64,000 bases of DNA from Gekko japonicus. Lineage: Eukaryota. The stretch covers positions 1,204,877 through 1,268,876 of the forward strand of contig NW_015168051.1 in assembly GCF_001447785.1 (NCBI RefSeq), given 5' to 3'. The position numbers were made by a program, and so were the translations under genes. Shown here in pieces: positions 46,953 through 62,200 of this stretch (the first letter of the stretch is position 1; each line of letters begins with the position of its first letter). The notes below the pieces were generated by a model, which saw only the letters and a program-made list of their open reading frames with translations, did not search any database and had not been told where the DNA came from.

Positions 46953-49900
46953 CAGGACTTTAAATGTTTCTGAAAATATTGAGGAACCTGCCCTTTGAAC
47001 TACTTCACTTTTCTTCAAGAAGGCTTGCTTATAGGGTAAATGGGTAAAGGTGTGCTTTCTTGTACTGGTGGAATTTCAAAAATGTTAGGAAAAGCTTTTG
47101 CTTGCATTATAGGAAGGTGAAGGGAATTTTTTTAATTTTGTAAGCTTCTTGGCTCCTTTTATAATAAAAGTTTATTTCACCTGCACTTTCTTAAATATGT
47201 CACAGGCATCCGGGGTTGAGTTAGTTTCTTGCTTCTTTAAAGATGGAAGAGGCTGTTTGTAACAATGTAATTAAAAACAAAATGCTACTTCTTGCAGATC
47301 TCAGGTCAACTATGTTTTGTTCTGTAGCAGGGAGCAAGTAGCTTACATGGTGTGCCTAAAACTCCCTCATCCATCAATACTTGAGAAGACAATTACAGCT
47401 CTAATTAAATTTAAAAGTATATGCATTAGATTAGATATTTTATAGTTATTTCTGTGGTACACAAGCGCTTACAAGTACATACCTTTTGAATTGTGTGTTG
47501 CCTTTATGTAATAATTAATATAAAGTTAATAGTAATGCGAAGTAGAGGATGGATAGCTTTTTTCTTACAAAATTGTTCAGTGATTCAAGAAGCACAATAT
47601 ATAGCAAAAAATTTAAATTACAGAAATTCTATGATCAGACTTTGTAAGGGTATGACAATTTTAGCTTAACTAGGATTGAGCACAAAGTTGGCTGAGAGCC
47701 AATGTGGTATAGTGGTTAGAGTGTTGGACTAGTTTAAATCACTACTCCTCCGTGAAAGTTGCTGGGTAACCTGGTACCAGTCACTCTTTCAGCATAACCT
47801 ACCTCATGGGGGTTTTCAGATACGATGGAGGAACTGACCTAAGTCCTTGGAGGAAGGACAGCATGGAAATGTAGGTAGGTAGCTACCTGGTATTGCTGTA
47901 CCTAAACTGCAGCCACTAGATTGACAATGCATCAGAAAGGAATTATATTAAGTATATCATACATTAACAAAAGGAAGGCTTGAAGTGCTGAGTGCTCGTA
48001 ATTGAGCTTTTTTGGCTCCCATTGCAGGAGATGTGATTGAAAGACTGATAGAATCTCGTGGTGTTTTTGAGAACCCAACGTGGAAAAAGGGTGCCACTTA
48101 AGCCTAGCTCTAACTGAGGTGTGATATCTTTTTCTGGGATGTACTAATCTGGACTGCAAGTAGGTACTCATATAACGGTGTCCTTGCTACCAAAAAAATA
48201 ACAACTCTGTGCTTGGAAAACTGGAATTCAGAAATGCATTCTAAAAATATTTGGTAGATAGTGAGTCTTAATCCGTTTGCTCAGTCACACTCCATAGGTA
48301 ATGAATGTGAGATCTGTGTGAAATAATATCTCCTTTCCCAAGTACAAAATATTGCAATTTGAGTACTTGGAAAATGCGTTATCTCCTCAGCAGAAGCAAA
48401 ACCTTCAGGAATGTGCATAATACATCATCACTTTACGTTACTAAACTAATGAATGCAGAAAGGCCTTACAAATACAGGTGCTAAAGACTAGGATCAATTT
48501 CATAACTTTAACCTTTTTTTCTTTCAAGTTGGTCAGCTTTTGAGTCCTTTATGTATGTCTGTGTACATAAAAGGGGGGCTAATATTTAATTCTTGTGCCA
48601 ATGCAAAATCCATGCTATATTTGAATGATTGCCTAATAACTTAACTTCTGGCTCATAAGGCAGCCAACACCTTTCTAGAAAGATGTTTCTGTGCTGTCCC
48701 ACTTATATGGTAGTGGAAAAGCAACACTGTAGCCTCTCTAGCCTGTGTATCCCTGAGAATGAAAAATCTGTACATGCCCAATTTGCAATTAGTAGACACA
48801 AGAACCCTATGGACTAGTTGGCAACCTTGTTTTTCAGAGAGTAAGTTCATAATCTGCTAGTAAACAGATGATTATGATAGAATGTGCCATCACTGTGCAT
48901 TATAAGCCATCATGTAACCACTGCAGTCTGAGACTGTGCAAAATGTAATACTGAGACTTCAAGTACTATGCCATAGTATTTAATTTTAAAATGTGCTTAA
49001 GTTTAGAAGAGACATTGAAGGTTTATTCCCAGAACGTACTTTTAAGCACTATTGTGCATTATTAAGCACCTGAGAGTGTTCAGAGCATTTCCCATTAATT
49101 TGTACCCTTTACATCCACCTTGTAAAGCATGTCAGTATTCTTCCATTATTGCTGATGAGAAGACTGAGAAATTGTGGCTAGCCTACAGCTGCCTAGTGAA
49201 CTCATTGCAGAGGTGAGATTGAAAGCAAGGAATTTGTGATTTATAACCAGCAGTGCCATTCCGAGCACAGTTACCCCCTTCTAAGCCTAATGACTTAAGT
49301 GGACTTAGAAGGTTGTAGCTCTACTTGCACTGTAAGTATTTTGGCCATTAGGCCACACTAGCTCCTTCATTTGAAGGTTAGGATTGCAGTCTTGCACACA
49401 GACTATTGTCCATAGTTCATTTATCAGCTGCGAGTAATCCATTTGTTAACGGTGCTTTTGATTTGAGACATATGAAGACCTAAAAGAACAAAGGAGCTTG
49501 ACTCTAGTAAGTGAACTTATTATATTTTTTAAAAAATCAGCCAACCCCAACCCCCCACCACATGCCCCTTAGAAACAATAATACCTGGTCTTTTAATAAT
49601 ATTGATAATATTTTGGTACACAAATTATAGGATGGATTTTTTCACTAGGAACTTACACAAGCAGTATGGAATGTCCATATTCCCAACAGGTATACTAAAT
49701 ATAAAGGGGAAACCACGATTGTGTAGCATTAAATATTTTGTACAGATCAAGCATTGTATAAGGTGCATTTGTATAAAAAATTATTCTGAAAGTATATATT
49801 TCCTTTAATGGCATCTTAATACTGAAATATGAAAGGGACTTGTGAATACTGCCATGTATCATGACTACTGAATTTCAGCTTGTCCACCATTACCTGTCTG

Positions 49901-52900
49901 CTATTAAATCTTACTGTGAGATCTGGAAATGCATACATCTCTACCTCATACAGGACTATGAGCACTAATGTGTGGTGGTAAAGTTCTGTAAATACTACTG
50001 CTTACCATGAATAGTAAAATACAGCCTGTCTATACTGAAACACATGTATTCCCAAATGAACAGATTGGTAATAATGCCTGGAGCACTGCATAGTTATAGG
50101 AGTCACTGCCTCAAGATGTGGTGGTGTCCCATGGCTTAGATGGCTTGAGGAGAGAATTGGACAAATTAATGGAGGATAAACCTATTAGTAATTGCTAGCC
50201 ATAATATCCTTCATTCAGGGTTCTGTTTCTTGTCCCTTCGGAACTTTTGAGCATGTATTGTACCTTGTTGGTTTTCTAGAAAAAACTTGCCTGTGCCTAC
50301 CCAATGAGAGTACAAACAAGAAGGAAGAGCTGTTGTCATCGTGTTCCTCTGTTCTTTACAGGAGTGTTTGATTTACCATTAGTTAGTGGCAGAGGGGCTG
50401 GTCTTGATGGACAATAGCAGTTTTCACTTGCTTTGGTCATCAGTTGTAACAATAAAACAGTTGCAATATAACAAGATTGTTTGGGCACTAAGTATCCAAC
50501 TACGTAAGCAGCAGAAATACTGGCAGTAGGTTATAGCAGCCAACAGCAAATGTAGCCAGAGTGTGAGCAGATAAATTTTTAACTGGAAATTAAAGTAACT
50601 TCTCTAATATTTTATCAGTGTTCCTGTTCTTTAAAGGTGGTGCATTCATGATTGGCAATTTTTAAAAAGTAGTGTAGAAAACCTACCAGTACGTCTTACC
50701 TGTGAATGCAGCGTTTCAAACTGAATGGAAGGTACCATTATTTCCCCATTCAATGCATCTGGTACAATGTGCTGGAATCTTAAAAGTAATGGCTCTCCTT
50801 AATAATCACTTTTAAAAGATGGATCTGTTCAGTAATGTTCTAGTCTGTGCAGCCGTGTCATTTACTAGTTAGTAATTAATATTATACAGTGTTTTCATTT
50901 CAAGTAAGCCCTGTGAGTTAAATAGAGATTATTCATGATTAAGTATTGGAGCCTATCCAGCTCATACATATACACATACTAAATTTGTTGAGTCTTCAAA
51001 ACATTAAATGATCACATTTTCAGAAATGTAACTTCAAGTATACCTATTCCATCAAGTGCACATGAAAACTCAGTATTTGCTCCCCACATCAGCTGGAGTA
51101 AGTGTAGCCACTCCATTAAAATCAATGTCATCATTTCACACCACATGCTTAACTATGACTGTTATGGTTTAAGGGTGACTGAAACCATGAAACTCATGTG
51201 CTGAACAGGTATACCGGGAAATAATTTATTGTACTTTTACTTGAACTAACTTGTTTGTTCTCAAATGTGTGACACAACCAAGAGCTCAGAGTACAATCCT
51301 GAGCATCAGTATGGTTACTCATGTTCTACAGGCTACACTTGAGTCTAAATCATGCCGCTACTCAGACCCTCTGATCTGTGTTCATTGTGCAAAATTGTAA
51401 GCTTCGAGCACAATCCAACGCTTTTGAAATGTTGGGGCTTTTGTCCCACTTTTTAATAAAGGGAAATATGCTGTGCAGATGCAGATACTCCCTGCTCATG
51501 TGAAGAGCTCCCCCTCAAGAAAAAAACTGGTTGGGGGAGGGTTTGACAGCCATAGAGTGCATGAAGGCAGATATAGTGTTAAGTGGTGAGCCTTCTGTGG
51601 ATGTGCAACCAACAAGTTTTATTTGGACATGCATTTTCTACCCTCCTTCTGAGATTAGGCAAAAGAAACCTTCCCTGGCAGCCACCTTTGTCTTCATTTT
51701 AAAAAGTATTGCCAGTGGTTAGGCAACTCTTGCAGACAGAAAGCAATGTACATGAGGGTGCTACAGAGATCAGGTGAGATTATCCTTCCTCTGTTTTCCA
51801 TTGGCAGATTATCCCTTGCATACAGCACAGTCCTTAGACTTTGAGATTGATTTTATTAAAGGAAAGGCAAATGTGCATTTAATTGAAAAAATACATGTGC
51901 TTTAGACTTTTTTTTTTTAAGTTGCCTGACCCATGGGGGGCATAAAAAACAACTCACCAAATTAGTATTTGATTTGTTGGCCTGTGCATCTGTCAAATGT
52001 ATTGTAAACGCACATGGCAACTTGGCGAGAGCCAAATCTGGTCTGCATGTATGTAGAGAGAGATCTTCAATGTCTGAGTAAAGCTAAATAATAAAAACCA
52101 CATATAGGTACAAGGAGTAATGCCTTTTTTAAAATGTAAGGGCAACACTGTTATTTCTCAAGTGTCTGAATTCAGTGTGTACTACTGTGCTGTTCTGTCA
52201 AATTATTGCAAACTTGTGCTATCCTTTATAGGAGGTCTGTATAATACAGTGTAAAAGTTGAATAAGCTGGTACTTTATTTCAAAGTAAAGGTGAAAATTA
52301 TGTTTTACTGTATACAGGTTTACTGTGCACCAGTAGCATGTTATTACATAATATTGGTTTGGAGATGGCACAACTCAGTTCAGTATATAAGGTTTAGCTT
52401 AAGCCAACTTTTCTTCCAGTGCATTAAACTTCCTTCAGCAAACCTCTGTAACTACTACTGGTCAACTTTAACCTCAAATGGCTAAGCTAAAAGGAAAATG
52501 GACTGACTAAAGTCCTTCTGCTCAAAAGTGCTTGTATGTTGTCTATTCATGCAATTTCTATTAAAACATTTTGTTCAACACTCTGTCTTGATTTAAAGAA
52601 AATTACTGTTATAGAAAAGAATGGGGGAAATGATTAAACGTGGATACATAGTGATAAATCCATTCTAGCCAGTGCCATTCCACAATAGTTTATGCTTTGA
52701 TCGCCTTCTTTCTTTTAACCAGTAATTTAGTGTTCTTTTGGAGGAAAACAGAGCTGGATCTGTAATTTTTCCACTTGGGACAGAAAAGCTGCTTGAGGAG
52801 TGGGTTTGAAGGGGAAACGGCTGCTGAGGAAGAAACGTTAAACTGACCCTTTCTTCTCCCTCTCTGCTTTAAATCCACAGGCCTTGACTGGCTGGCTCTC

Positions 52901-53695
52901 TCTTGGGTTTTTTAGGAGCCTGGGGAGGCTGAGGAGTGAAAGCACTCTATAGACAGCATGTGCTCCAAGGCATCCAGTTAGGTGTACACAGTTAAGTGTA
53001 ATATCTAATGACAGAAAAATAAAGCTCAGACTCGCTACAAAAATTACAGGTGTTAAAGAAGCAGATTTTAAAAAATAAGGCTGTGCTGTGCTCTGAATCT
53101 AAAGCCAGTCTTCCATAAACAGATACTTTATTATAGGTACCTTACTAAACGGCACAGGTAACCTGTACATCTTAAGCAAATGAGTAGTTCTAAACATTTC
53201 AGTGGGAAGGTCTTCATATAAAATGATGTATACAGGGGTCATTTTGTAGAAAAAGAGCTGCAGGAGCTCATTAGCATACCTAATAAGCTATTCGCGTAAT
53301 AGTTCATTAGCATATGCCACGCCCCCTGACATCACCGGAAGTGATGTCAGAAGGGGAAGCAAAAGGGGGGAAGGCATCTTCAAAGGCCTCCCCTTCCCTG
53401 CCAAGGCGGGCTGGGGAGGGAAGCAAAGAGTGAAGGGGCTTAAAGTTTAAACTTCTTCTCTCTAGAGTTGCACCGCACTGGCAGCGCGATCTTTCCATTC
53501 TATGGGGCCGTAGAATACAATTGAAAGATCGCACTGCTGCTGCGGCACAACTCCAGAGAGGTTTAAACTTTCTCTTTGCTTTCCCCCCCCCCAGCCTGCC
53601 TTGGCAGGCAGGCTGGGGAAGTGGAGGCTTTTGAAGATGCCCACCCCCTTTTGCTTCCCCAGCTGGCCTTCCAAGGCGGGCTGGGGGGGGGGGGA

Positions 53696-53907
53696 NNNNN
53701 NNNNNNNNNNNNNNNNNNNNNNNNNNNNNNNNNNNNNNNNNNNNNNNNNNNNNNNNNNNNNNNNNNNNNNNNNNNNNNNNNNNNNNNNNNNNNNNNNNNN
53801 NNNNNNNNNNNNNNNNNNNNNNNNNNNNNNNNNNNNNNNNNNNNNNNNNNNNNNNNNNNNNNNNNNNNNNNNNNNNNNNNNNNNNNNNNNNNNNNNNNNN
53901 NNNNNNN
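53696..53907. other. Assembly gap (212 N) inside a GC-rich inverted-repeat element starting at about 53233
   Basis: Run of N after poly-G; 53350-53455 is approximately the reverse complement of 53560-53665. Confidence 0.95.
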
Positions 53908-54321
53908 GTGGCAGGACTCTAGAGAGAAGGAGCACAGGGAGCTGGGGGCAGGGCTTGCCGCCACCGCCATTTGTGCCCGTTCATGGGCTGCTGGAGAAGT
54001 ACTCCGGCCCCAAACGACCCCTGGATCTATGCATCTATCATCACTGATGGGTGAAAGTTAACACTGCTGCCTAGGAGCCAGAACTCCCCGTGCTGCTGCC
54101 CTTCTTGCTCCCTAGATGTTTTTAATTGAGTTGGTATAGGAAGCCTTAAGCATTGTGCACAAAGCTTGCCACACTGTTTAAAAGATGCTTGGGAAATGGG
54201 GAGGGGAAGGACCATTGGATTCTTCGCTTCCTGGGGTAGGGTGGGGGCAAACAGCAAGGCAGCGGTGGTGACTGCTGCCCTCCCTCCATCTGTATCCTCA
54301 CCATGGAGTCTACCATGGATA

Positions 54322-54781
54322 ATAGGGTTGCCAGCTCCAGCTTGGAAAATACCTGGAGATTTTGTGGGTGGAGCCTGAGGAGGTTGGGTTTGGGGCATAA
54401 TGCCATAGAGTCCAACATCCAGAGCGGCCATTTTCTCCAGATGAACTGATCTATGGCACCTGGAGATCAGTTGTAATAGCAGATCTCCAGTTACCACCTG
54501 GAGGTTGGCAATCATAGCATTATGCTTTTAGTAATTGACAAATTACTTTAAAACAAGTTTACTGGGGGCCAGTCCTAATCAGACCAGTTGAGCCAGAATG
54601 TTGGGAAATTCTTGGAGATTTGGGGGTGGAGCCTGGGACGGATGGGGTTTGGGCTGGGGTGGAACCTCAGTGGGGTACACTGCCAAAGCAGCCAGTTTTC
54701 CAGGGGAACTGATACCTGTAGTCTGGAGATTACTTGTAATTCTGGGAGATCTCTAGACCCACCTGGAAGTAAGTAACCCTA
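54322..54781. mobile_element. Two adjacent AGGGTTGCCA-type MITE remnants (related pieces at 56810-57370 and 58310-58560)
   Basis: TAGGGTTGCCAG ... GGTTGGCAA termini and a shared internal GAACTGATCT...GGAGATC block. Confidence 0.55.
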
Positions 54782-55996
54782 TTTAGTAAACCAAAACAGA
54801 AGAGGAAAAAAACCCAACCTGAAGAAACAACGAAGTTGGGTACCTGAAGGTTGGGTGAATATTGAACTAAAAAGTCCTGAATCTATGCAACATGATTCAA
54901 TTCAGTATCTCTAGGTTAACAGCTGTGAACCAATAAAACAGAACATACAATTCAATATCTCTAAGCTGATAACCTTGAACCACATTAAAACAGGACCAAA
55001 TGAGTTTTGGCCTCCATGGCCTTCCTCAGTGCTCAAATTATTAAATACATGCACACTATGACACATAAATGTTGTTAATGCCAGGGCAGATTGATTATAA
55101 AGCCTGAAAAATAATAAAGGATATATTCAATAATTTATATATGAAAAATAAACAATTTTACTACATAGAACTTTTTAAAATGTTTTGAAATTAATTACAT
55201 TTCAAATATTCTGTGTGGCAAAAAAATTAGGTTGTATAAGAAGTTTTCTTTTAAACACACACATCCAGGGAATGCTGATTTAATAATGCTAAATATCTGC
55301 TGTTTCAAGGAGGACCCTGAGACTGCTACGCAAAGAGGGTGGAATATAAATTGAAAAATAAATATTTTTAAAATGACATAAAACAGTTTTAAGAACACCA
55401 CCTTGTTGCTCCGTTGGGATGTACTTTAAACAGTGTCCTTGCAGGAAATGAATGTGTTAACTTTCTACAAGGCTCACCAATAATAAAATCCAGTATCAGT
55501 AAAAACAAAAAAACAAATTGTTTTTAACAGAAAGAGGAGGGCAGACCTAGTCTGGTGCTTAAATGGCCCTGGTGGCCCTGGTGAATCTTGCTAGGAAGAC
55601 CTTGGCACCACTAAACAAGACACCTCTGCCTTCCCTTCCATAGCCACCTATTAAAATTCAGAAGGCAAGGTACCTGGAGTAGAACCTCTGCTTATGATCT
55701 GGGCACTTTCATTAGGGAGGGGCCAGTCCTACAGATACCAAATTCCTAGACTAGTTAAGGTTTTATAGGTCAAAAACAGCATCTTGAATGGTATTCAGAA
55801 ATGAACTGAAAGCCAGAGAACATTCTATATTGGAGTCTTAAGATCAGTTCAGCACACTCTAGTTAACAGCCTGACTGCTGTATTTTGAAGTGTGTATGCT
55901 GCTAGTAGACATGCAATATTGTGTACAAACACAATACTTAAATTCATAGGGGTGGGGGTGCACAGCCTTTAAGAATTTACATTAACCTTCTTGTTA

Positions 55997-56269
55997 TGTA
56001 GTGGGTAGCCGCATGGATGAACGACAGACAACGACGTGGTGCATAGCACGCTTTATTAGCACACAACAAGACAAAGGGATAAACGGCCGGCAGGCCAACT
56101 ATATACACGCCTGGGGACCGCCCCTGGTCACCATTGGTGGGTTCAAATCTCCCGCCACGGATCCCATTGGTTCCCCAGTGGAGGGACTAGGATCCTAGTC
56201 CCCATTGTTGTTTCGGACTGAAGCTAGGGCATATGCGCTGACCTCCGGTGGCGGTCAGCGGACACTACA
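55997..56269 (-). mobile_element. Short solo LTR (Gypsy-like, 273 bp)
   Basis: TGTAGTG...CACTACA termini; minus-strand CCAAT boxes, TATATAG and AATAAA in the expected order; CpG-rich. Confidence 0.7.
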
Positions 56270-59200
56270 CTTCTTGCAGTTGATCTGCATAGCGGCAATA
56301 CCTATCCCAACACTGATTTACAAAAGGCCAAACACTGCTTCATAATTACAACTAACTGCCACAGATCTGGCTTCAGATTATTGAAATGTGAGGAAATGGT
56401 AGAATTTAAACTGGATTATCAGATGGGTAAATCAAAGGTCAGGGGGGAAAAGTGACTACCAGCCAAGATGCGAGGAGGGAAAAAAAAACCTGATGAAACC
56501 CAACACAACTGCAGCAAGGAGAGGAAGCACTAGACAGTCTCTGCTCCCAGGCATCCAGGTCTTCAGTATATGAAAGGTTCAATCTTTGGCTTCTCCAGTA
56601 CAAAACAAAATGAAACCTCCAAGGCTGAGAAAGCCTGAAGTCTTCAAAACTGTAAAACACTGACAATCCTGGGTAGATAGATAACTATTCTAACTCTAAA
56701 TAGGGAAGCTTCATTTGGAAGGCTTGATCACACTGGGAGCAAGAACTACTGATCCTGACTCAATTTGAATCCAAAGGGAAGAAGCTTAAAAAGAAGGAAT
56801 ACTGTAGATAAGATGGCCAACTCCATCTTGGGAAATTTCTGGAGTTATGGGGTCAGTGCCCCAGAGGATGGAGAGGGCAGAAAATCCAAAGCTGATCTCT
56901 GTTGTCTGGAGATCAGTCATAATTCCAAGAGAATCTCCAGGCCCCACCATGAGGTTAGTAAGCACTTTAAAAAGAGTATTGCTAATAGAGTTGGCTGCCA
57001 TCTGCTGGCACACACACACACACACACACACGGAGCCTTTGGGGGCAGGACATGGTTGACATTGTGGTACATGATGCCACAATGGTGCTTCAGGTCAGAT
57101 AACTGGAAATGGCATCATAGTGACATACTAGGACATTCCCAAATCCGTATGATAAAAACCATATGAGACTTGATAAATTCCTAGAGTGTTGCCAAAACAG
57201 TGTAATGTCATTTCCAGGTCCATAACTAGACGTGGCAATGCTACTTTTTTCTTCAGTTTTGTTCCTGGTACTCCCCTGAGCCCCAACAAGAGTCCACAGC
57301 CTGGTGGTGGGAGGTCTCCAGGCTCCCACCTTAGCAGGAGACCTGGCTGCCCAACCTGCCAATTGTCTAGCCATAGCTTGGATGGAAAATTCTAGCATTA
57401 CTTAAAGTTACCCTTTTTACAACTTGACATTTGCAGTGGAATATCTTTAATGTCATGTGTAGGTCAAGAAAGGGGCAGTTAAAATTTAGCCAGAGAAAAG
57501 GAATGCTAGTATATGGACTGAGCTTTTGCTTTGCCTCAAAATTGTCAGAAGCCCAGTGTGAGGTCAGAGACAAGAACCTACCCTGTACTAAATCCAGGAC
57601 ACACGGAGAGTGTCATTGCTAGCACTGCACTGAGCTTTAGAGTCAATCCAGAGCAACAATACTTCTTACTATTTCCAAATACCTTCAAAGCCCAGTACAG
57701 AGTCTGAATTGATCATTGCCTGTAGTTGATTTGTTTTGGGACACAGTAGTGATCAGACTGACAGATATGGCTGACAAATCCATCTGTGTACTCCTGTGTA
57801 TTTCTGCAAACATGATTTTATTACAAAAAACCAAAAGTTTTCCAGTATTCTTCTATTTTCAAAAGAAAAATGGGTACTCTGGAACATTTTACTGCTCAAA
57901 GAGCAGGAGCATGAAACAAGAAGTTCATGCCACCTGCTGGCAAAAATGAATATATTTAACTTTTAATACTGGAGACATAATATTTGCCAATTCATACTAA
58001 ACAACATGGTAAACATTTGACTGAAAATTAATGCATAAATAGAGAACTATAAATATAATTGTACCTGTAATCCTGTGCACATTTCCCTGGAAATAAGTTC
58101 TATTTAATGCAATCAGATTTATTGCTGAGTAAATTTGTATCACCGTTTGAGCTATACTTTCTAATGCAATCACAAACTTTCTATGTCATTTGCCATCTTT
58201 TAGAACAACAGGTCTGATGATAATTGTATTTATTTATTGTATTAAAATATTTATACCCCATCTTTCCTCTTGCCTTTAGGCAGTTTACAAATAACAATTA
58301 AAACATTACCGTTTCCCACCTGGTTGCTGATCAGACTAGGCTTACAGTTTGGCCGCTTTAGGAAATCTCCCAGTGGTCCAGCTGTCCTGCCCACCCACTC
58401 CCGTGTCTAGGCTGGTGGGAGAAATTCAGGCAGTGGAAATTATGTTGTGTCAAGTCTGGGTGAAAACCTGGACCTGACATAAGCACATGAGGTAATACTC
58501 TACAATTTCCCCTGAACTATGAGTTTGGGGGGAATTCCGGAGTGTCACCCAACATGCTGACTCCATGTCTGGTTTTTTACCTCCAAAGTTCCTGGAGGTG
58601 TCAGACAATAGCCTGACAACCCTAGATCAGGCCCACGCTTTTTTATCTTTAGCAAAGCTGCTGCATCAGGTGTACCATACCATTCACTGAGCCCCAGTTT
58701 TGCATATTTCTGGCAGCAGCTTGCATTAATGTGGAAAGCATCCACATGATCCATGAACATAATGAAGAACAGTTCTACAACTGACATGGAGTGCTAGTGC
58801 CCTCTGTGTTGTAAGTGTGGCAAATGTACCTGTCCTGGCTCTCAGTGATGTCTTCAGAGAAAGACTTGGCAGCAAATGCAGAGTCAGAGTTGCCAGACTT
58901 GTGTAGGACCCAATCAAGGTCTGCTAGTTTGATACCATCCTCATCTTTCTCCCACATTAATAACTCTAAGCCAGGATGGGGAGAATTTAATAAAATGGAA
59001 TATAGAACTGGAATATAGAATTGGGGTTAGATGGTTTAGGTTAATAAGTGAGAGCTGTTCTACACATTATACAGAATGGAGAAGTAGAGTGAAAGTGGAA
59101 TTAGTTATTATTTTAGCAAACACATGGTCCCAATCTTATGATTGCTGAGATAATAGCAAGAGGGACACTTGCAAAGAGGATCAGAGGAGGGAGGGGCACT

Positions 59201-62200
59201 TAATCCCTCCCACACCTGCCAGTTCTTCTATGCAATACCCAATTTTATCCAAGGTAATTTTTCTCTTTGCTACTCAGTTTTGGAGTGAGGGAGGGGGTAT
59301 TAGAATTTATGTGCAAGGACCATTTGCAGGGAAGGATTAGAAGATGGGGACAGGGTTGAACACCCCCACCCGACATCCCCTTATTCTTCTAGCAGGTGCT
59401 ACCTTCAGCCCTTTAATGCATGTTGTAAAAGATGCCATTCTACAGATAGGGACAGATCTCTTTCAGATATTCTGGGGAAACTGGTTATTATCTGTGATCG
59501 TGTAAAAATATTATTTGTCAGAAGATAAAGAAAAGTATCTGACACAATATTTTGTATGTACCCGGATTGCAAAAAAAAGAGAAGACATTTGTACAACAAA
59601 TTAGTCTCTTCTTCCTGAGATAATTTGTTTCGAAGGAATCCAAATCTACCTTCGTGTGTGCTTTGACAGTATGACAGCTATTTAGCTAGACTGATCTTAT
59701 AGCTGAATTTTAATTAATTGTTGGTTCATATTGTGATAGCTGTTCGTTTTAAATAGCAAAAAAGATCCACTCACACAATCACGTGGACCTATGTGAGCCC
59801 AATTTATTGTGTAGCTAGTCATAACCTCCCCTGAAATGCCCACAGCTAGGGTCAGTTCTTGGTTGGGTCCATCATAGTTGAATGCAGGCTTTGCATTTCC
59901 CCCCCATCTTTGGCCTGTCTTAAGAAACAGGCTTTTGTCAGAAATTGAATTATATTAATTTAGGCGGGGAACCTACTGAAGTTAATAGGACTTAAGTGAA
60001 TGGGTTTAACACAGGCTCTAACCTAAACCTATAATGCTTCTGCAAAAAGGCCTTGGCAAAGTCTATGCTGCCTTAGCTGATGTGGTCTAGTTAGTCCTCT
60101 AAACAGATCGCCCAGGTCCCTAAATACTCAAAAGGAAAGTAAGATACAGTGTGAGCTGATTGTTTATTACATCTATATCTCACCTCTTTTCTGTATGGAG
60201 GCCAAGGTAACAGACATAAGTTCTCGCAGCCAGGTGCTGACCTGACCCAAATCCGCTTACCCTCACCAAGATCCCTGCATCATGTGTTTTCCAGCCAGAG
60301 ACAACCCAAGGATCAACAAATGGCCTTGGGAAAGTAGCTGTCTGTCAGACAAATTAATGAAAAATTGTAACTCATTCCTCCAATATTTGTATTTTTATGT
60401 AAGGATTACTATTAACATTTATTGATTATGATATATGGTCCATGGCTACTTAATTCTCTGCTGATAATGACAATCTTGTGACTGGGGGAAGAAATAAAAA
60501 AAATCTGAATAATTAAATGCATGTGTCAGCATTACAAAACTATTCAGGAACTACAAAACAAATATATTACTAGCCTGCTGTTCTGCCTAATACTACACAA
60601 AGTGGTTCAGTTGGATTTACTCCCAAGTAAGTGTACATAGGACTGCAGCCTAACAGACAACTCAGTTATACCAGTGAGCTATATCAAAATGGGTAGCCAT
60701 GTTAGTCTGTCTGTAGCAGTAGAAAAGAGTCCAGTAGCACCTTAAAGACTAACAAATTTTATTAGTTTTTAAGGTGCTACTGGACTTTTTTTAGTTATGC
60801 CAGGGATGAGCAATTTCTATATTTTCCAGGCATTGGTTCACAGGGGCCAGAACTATCTGTTGTTCACACAGGTGACTGGATTAATAACAAAAGTTGGTTG
60901 TTGTAGCAGTAAGCAGTAGGAGTCTCTCAGGTATGGTGAACCTATGCTCAGATTGTCCAAGGTCCTCAGTGAAGGGAGGGTGGAGCTGTGGAATGAATAT
61001 CCTTCCTGAAAGATCCACTCAAGGAACAGATAGGCAATCAACCTTTGCCTTTCCCAAAAGAGTATGATAACAAAACAATTTGTGTGTGCACAGTTCTTTT
61101 CTCTACATGCAAGAGCTACTTTTGAAACCATACTTTGATTAAAATTTGGTAGGGCTATTGGGACAACTGGGAGCTGATCCTCACACCCACATACTCAGCA
61201 AGTATCTAACATATACACTGCCAAAACATATTGGCGAGTGTTGCAGTCATTATTGTGAAAATAAAATGCTTATTAAAAATAAAATAATAATAGAATGGGG
61301 AAAGTGGCAAAATTAATTGTCCTTAAATATTTAGCATGCACATACTCTGCTGATATGTGTCTTTTTAAGGCTGCATCCACAAATTCATACTCTCAGTCCT
61401 GATTAATCCAGAATAATTACCATTTCTTGGCCCTAGAGCTCTATCCTATATTTATGGCGATTAATGCTTCCTCAGACCAAATGATCTGCAGCCAGTCACT
61501 CCATTGTTGTACCTAGCTACTGACAACACATCCATGGCCACTGATGAATTTCAAAGTCAAGGAATTTCCAAATGACCATAGTGCTGGGTATATTTTTCCA
61601 CTGGGGTTACCTTCCCTGACCCATCTTGGCTAGATTGAAGAGGACGGGAGACCCTGAGATTGGGTTAAGGAAACGGTATGTGAAGAGGAGTCGTGGGCTG
61701 AAAACACTGTGGGCTGAGAGATGGCATGAGAAGATAAAAATGGCACAGTAGGAATAGGAAATATTCCTAACATGCAGAAATTCTCCTCTTCTACCTTTAA
61801 CCCTGTAATCAAATCACTGGATTTCAATATAAAAAAGGATGGCACTTAATCTGCCTTAAGTCTTCTTTCAACTGTGTTTCTGCTTGCGATTAGTGATGTC
61901 ATCTATATCCTACTAATACCAGTAACCGTTTACAGCTAACCAACGAAGTGTGTGCAGCTTGGTTTTCTCATTATTGCTTACTTTCCAAATACGCACATCT
62001 GGGAATTAAATTTTATATTAGTTGCGGATGCAGATTGTGATGCTAAACCAAAGGCCTTGCAGATAAGATGGGATGTTCAAAGAAGAGAGAGAAATCATTC
62101 TCCTGATCATTCTAATAACTGAAATAAACATTAGTTTCTCATACCCCCTGCCCCAGAGACTCAAGCCTGCAACGTTTTTGTATTATCTTAACCTCAGAAC

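Noticed and set aside
58545-58970. Exon-like minus-strand segment MWEKDEDGIKLADLDWVLHKSG...
   Set aside because: No recognisable homology or partner exons; cannot be supported without a search.
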